64,000 nucleotides of DNA from Nemertoderma westbladi. Lineage: Eukaryota; Animalia; Xenacoelomorpha. The DNA lies in contig JAUCBJ010003513.1 of NCBI GenBank assembly GCA_032718475.1, positions 29,522-93,521 on the forward strand. The letters are read 5' to 3'. The notes under the pieces are model-generated. The model was not told the DNA's origin, made no database searches, and worked only from the letters and a program-made list of their open reading frames with translations. The first letter of the stretch is position 1, and each line of letters opens with the position of its first letter. Shown one piece after another: positions 60,228-64,000 of the stretch. A program made the position numbers and the translations under genes.

Positions 60228-61097
60228 TTCAATCATTAGGCCCATTAAAAATGTGTATTTTTATAAAATAATGACAGAAAAGCAATTATGTTTAAAATAG
60301 AGTTTCATTGTAAATTATTACCCGCAGAGTTTAATGTCGTCATTTCTTCGCTTCTACTATTAGATATAGATACAGTAATTTTGGATCCGTCATTGCTTTT
60401 ATAATATCCGCAACATAATCTGAGCAAATTACTGGGTTCATCGTTGTGCAACCCCATATTGCTGCTGAGGTGTTTAAAGGATATTTAATTTCGATATATT
60501 GAGATTAAGAGTGTGCCACGTTAATTACCGGCAACATTTAATATGTTGTGCCACACATTCTTATAAATCTTATGAACCAATTATTACCTTGCTATTATTT
60601 ACTTCGTTAACTAGACTGTCTCTGTCTGTACTTTTATACTAAGACTGTACTTACATACATACTGTACATCTAATAAAACGGTATATGAATTACTTTAATA
60701 GCATTTTATAGTATAACTATAAAGCCCTTTATAGATGTAAAATTAACTTCATTCCTTGTTTTCATATAATTGTACCGAAATTCATGAAAGTCATTTTCAT
60801 AAAATAGGTGTAAACCGCACAGCAGTTTGTAAAGAAATTAAGCGGATGGCTTATTTTTTTTGTCCAGTCAATCTAGCAAAAATAGTGGGTAACCCAATAC
60901 TAATTCGCAATCCATCCCAATCAAATTTTTTTATTCTATATTATCTTGCTAATATCACCAAAAAAAGTCTATAAAAATATATTATGCGGATCACTTTCAA
61001 TGCCATGCTTCTTTCCTTAGCAACAGGGATTTTACATAGCATCAACGGATATATTTTATTTATTAGTGGGATTTTCCCAACTTTTGTACAGACAAAC

Positions 61098-61558
61098 GGA
61101 TCTAGGAGGTTTCGTTCCGGTATTTTTCGTCCCTGGACTATTCGTCCCCGGGTCGAAAAGTCCGGGGACAAAAATTCGCGGGAAAATGTCTGGGGACGAA
61201 AAGTACGTGGTCAAAATATCCACCATCCCTGACTTTTCGTCCCAGACTTTCAAAAAATACAAGCTAGTAAAAAAAACACTAGCTACAGTACTATAAAAAA
61301 ATATATCTACTAATGTTCTAGAACACTTACCAACAAAACAAAAATAAAAAACCGTATTTTTAAAACTTTTGTTGAATTTATTTTATATTTAATTTATTTA
61401 AAAATTTATTTGTAACAAAATAGGGGGGGGGGGGGGGGGGGGGGGTGTCGACATAGAGCGATAAAACAAAAAAGTCCGGGGAGGAAAATTCCGGGACAAA
61501 TAGTCTGGGACGAATAGTCTACCAGGACGAAAAGTCCGGGGCGAAATGTCCGTATACC
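61098..61558. mobile_element. MITE with TTCGTCCC/GGGACGAA subterminal repeats inserted into a dispersed repeat
   Basis: Imperfect GG..CC TIRs; AGACAAA(C/G) duplicated on both sides; the paralogous empty site at ~43810 has a single copy. Confidence 0.75.
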
Positions 61559-62013
61559 AGACAAAGTTTACTCTAAGACTATCGATTGACAGAAGTATGC
61601 ACTTCTACATAGTTACCAATTTAGTTTCCAGAGCAACGGAAATTTGTCTAATAATTTAACCATTTTTAATACCAATTTTGCTGGTACAATATTGGGAGCT
61701 TAATTGCACAACTCCGTACTAAACGGGGGCGTGTAACCTGTCACATTGGATTTGTTGAGCTCAAAAACCCTTATCCCCAAAAATTGATTTATTGTGGTTT
61801 TTAAACTAAAACAAATATAATTTACCCCTAAAATCAATATAGCAAGCCCAATTTTATTATGTGAAAAATCTTCGCTAACTTTAATTGAAATTATGAAATT
61901 TCTTTTCATTTGATATATTTAAAAGTTGGATGCGACTTATAGTTTCCGAATAGGAAATAATATAATATTATAATCGCAAATATTGAAAACACATTTCTTA
62001 ACAAATTAACTTA

Positions 62014-62160
62014 AATCAGAACACCAATAACTAGAGTAACTGCTAATATCCACCAAACCAGTCGAAATAATATTATTACTAGCTGTAATCAGAACACCAA
62101 TAACTAGAGTAACTGCTAATATCCACCAAACCAGTCGAAATAATATTATTACTAGCTGTA
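62014..62160. repeat. Exact 73-bp tandem duplication downstream of the O-methyltransferase stop
   Basis: AATCAGAACACC...CTAGCTGT at 62014 and 62087. Confidence 0.9.
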
Positions 62161-62249
62161 CGTACGTGTACAGTAGCTTTACACAAAAGGCTGGGAGTTA
62201 TACAAATTAGATTTATCGAACCCACGACAAGCAATGCATATTGGAAATC

Positions 62250-62945
62250 TCAATTCTTAACCAGGATAGTTACACCATCAGCAACACCCAAAAGGACTGC
62301 AAAGACACGCTTATCCTTCATAACCTTTTCGTTGAGTTGACGTATAACTAAAGTCTTGGCGATTTCAGCGTCCCCAGAATCGTCCTCACTAAAGACTTTA
62401 CCACCCCACAGTGTGTTGTCAATAGCAATAACACCACCTTGACGAAGTAAGATTAATGATTTCTCATAATATTTATCGTAATTATACTTGTCAGCATCGA
62501 TAAATACAAAACCAAAACTACCAGCCATATCATTATTGATCAATTCGTCTAAGGTTTCTAGAGCTGGTTTTATTCGAAGGTCTATCTTATGATCTACACC
62601 GGCTTGTTTCCAGAAGGGTTTCCCAATATCCGGGTATTTCGTCTCAACATCGCAGGTAATCACAACGCCGTCGGAAGGTAAGGCTAGAGCTATCGATAAG
62701 GCGGACACACCGGTAAAGGTACCAATGTCCAACGCTCTCGTTGTATTCGTCATGCGGACTAGCAAACACATCAAAATACCCTCGTCTGATGGCGACATCA
62801 TTGTAGAGTCTTCCCCTCCAGTCTCCCATGTCAACTCTCGCAATGCTGACAATACGGGATGCTCAGGGGAGCAATGGTCCCGAATGTACTGAGTTCGTCT
62901 GGCGTCAGGACCATATTTTCCGTGTAACTTTCCAAAAGAGGTCAT
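62250..62945 (-). CDS. Class I O-methyltransferase (COMTD1 / caffeoyl-CoA OMT family), intronless, 231 aa
   Basis: EHPVL..LRE.T, LDIGTFTG.SAL.IALALP.DG.VITCD, WKQAGV.HKIDLRI.PALETLD.L, FIDADK.NY..YYE..L.LLR.GGVIAIDNTLWGG, DGVT. Confidence 0.93.
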   Translation of the reverse strand: MTSFGKLHGKYGPDARRTQYIRDHCSPEHPVLSALRELTWETGGEDSTMMSPSDEGILMCLLVRMTNTTRALDIGTFTGVSALSIALALPSDGVVITCDVETKYPDIGKPFWKQAGVDHKIDLRIKPALETLDELINNDMAGSFGFVFIDADKYNYDKYYEKSLILLRQGGVIAIDNTLWGGKVFSEDDSGDAEIAKTLVIRQLNEKVMKDKRVFAVLLGVADGVTILVKN

Positions 62946-63821
62946 AGTACATTTATGGTTTGGATATATGTAATTGTTACGACGCACACTTCACTGCTGA
63001 CAGGCAATGTACTCTACGCAAGTCTACACTCATTTAACTTTATTTCCTATTTCCTACAGTAACTGCGAGGTATAATATTAAACTAACTGCTACCTATTAA
63101 TTTTTCTGTGTTGTGTACTGGCCATCATTCCTCCGTCCGTACTCACTATCAATGGCCTTTCACTCACAACAGCAAGAGGGTGTAGACTTACACCAATCTA
63201 CAAAATTTTACTCGCAAATCTAAAATTTTATTTATTATCTTCATTGGGTAGTCCTACAGCTTAGCAAAGTCGGCAGACGGTAGGATCAAACTGGTGACCT
63301 CCAAGTTGGAAGTCTGGCACTCTAACCAGTCCGATAGCAGCTCCGATAAAATGTAGACCTGAAATATTAGGCCTACCTGATATCTTGTAAATGCCGCAAT
63401 TACGCCCTCATGGCCTCCCAACTGTCCATACCGATTTCGCCACTGTGCTCAACGGTAATGAACTTCTCAATCAATGAAACAAACTCAGCAAAGGAAGGCC
63501 CGGACACACAGAATAGTGTACAGTAGGCCTATTATAGTTATCGAAGATGTAAATAATAAATACAGGAATACCCCTCTGAAATGCATACAAATAAGAAATA
63601 ATTATAATAAATTAGGCCCTGTTTGAGATACATAAGTGCAAGGTTAATTTATTTATCTTTCTCTCCATCTAAACATGTTGCAGTTGCATTCTTTTATATT
63701 GCATTGTAATAATTCCCTTGCTGTCTCCATGTGGTAAAGGAATATTTATTGTAAAATAAAGCAGATGTTGGGTCGCGATAATTAAGTGGCAAGTAGCACC
63801 ACCATGAATAAACAAATAGTA

Positions 63822-64000
63822 CTTTGGGGCGAGCCACGAAAGTAAGCGAGTTTAGCATACGGGTACCACGAACTAAATCGGGGTGTCTGTTTGACGGATC
63901 CATCGTGGATGTCCTTATTTCTCACGCGTGTTTGTTTGTACACATATAACGGCAGAAAGTCCGGTATTCTTAACATGGATCCAACTTCTGGCACTTAATG
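63822..64000 (-). mobile_element. Second HINE-like repeat copy (runs off the right edge)
   Basis: Reverse complement of 14495-14560 (TGGGGCGAGCCACGAAAGTAAGCGA..TTAGCATAC.GGTACCAC). Confidence 0.55.

Noticed and set aside
62250-62945. Biosynthetic cluster or horizontal transfer linking the O-methyltransferase with the divergent GCLC
   Set aside because: About 28 kb apart with unrelated housekeeping genes between; COMTD1-like OMTs are normal in animals and most genes here are intronless.

Overview
AT-rich invertebrate animal (eukaryotic) genomic DNA; no prokaryotic features. Left to right: a >7.7-kb 24-bp satellite with higher-order repeats; a decayed Penelope-like RT; an intronless nicotinic-type pentameric ligand-gated channel that lacks the Cys-loop cysteines and has an extra acidic, GPI-like C-terminal tail; decayed BEL/Pao and RTE fragments; and a 9-exon glutamate-cysteine ligase (GCLC-like) gene on the minus strand (33918->14624, 617 aa by manual splicing) with unusual substitutions in substrate-pocket motifs. 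The GCLC introns hold (i) an antisense nested gene for a secreted CxxC-repeat protein, (ii) a foldback element, and (iii) a ~26-copy 56-57-bp tandem array that is an amplification of the gene's own exon-2/5'-splice-site junction. That array was later invaded by a 7.8-kb pol-less BEL/Pao LTR element and a tRNA-derived SINE. Further right: intronless TMEM218, BIN3 and DDX55 (the last two only 133 bp apart), foldback and nested MITEs, a 2-exon SEPT3/9/12-group septin with RTE LINEs in its intron, four minisatellites and an intronless COMTD1/CCoAOMT-type O-methyltransferase. Most short ORFs in the supplied track are repeat or antisense artefacts. All homology calls are from recalled motifs, not database searches.
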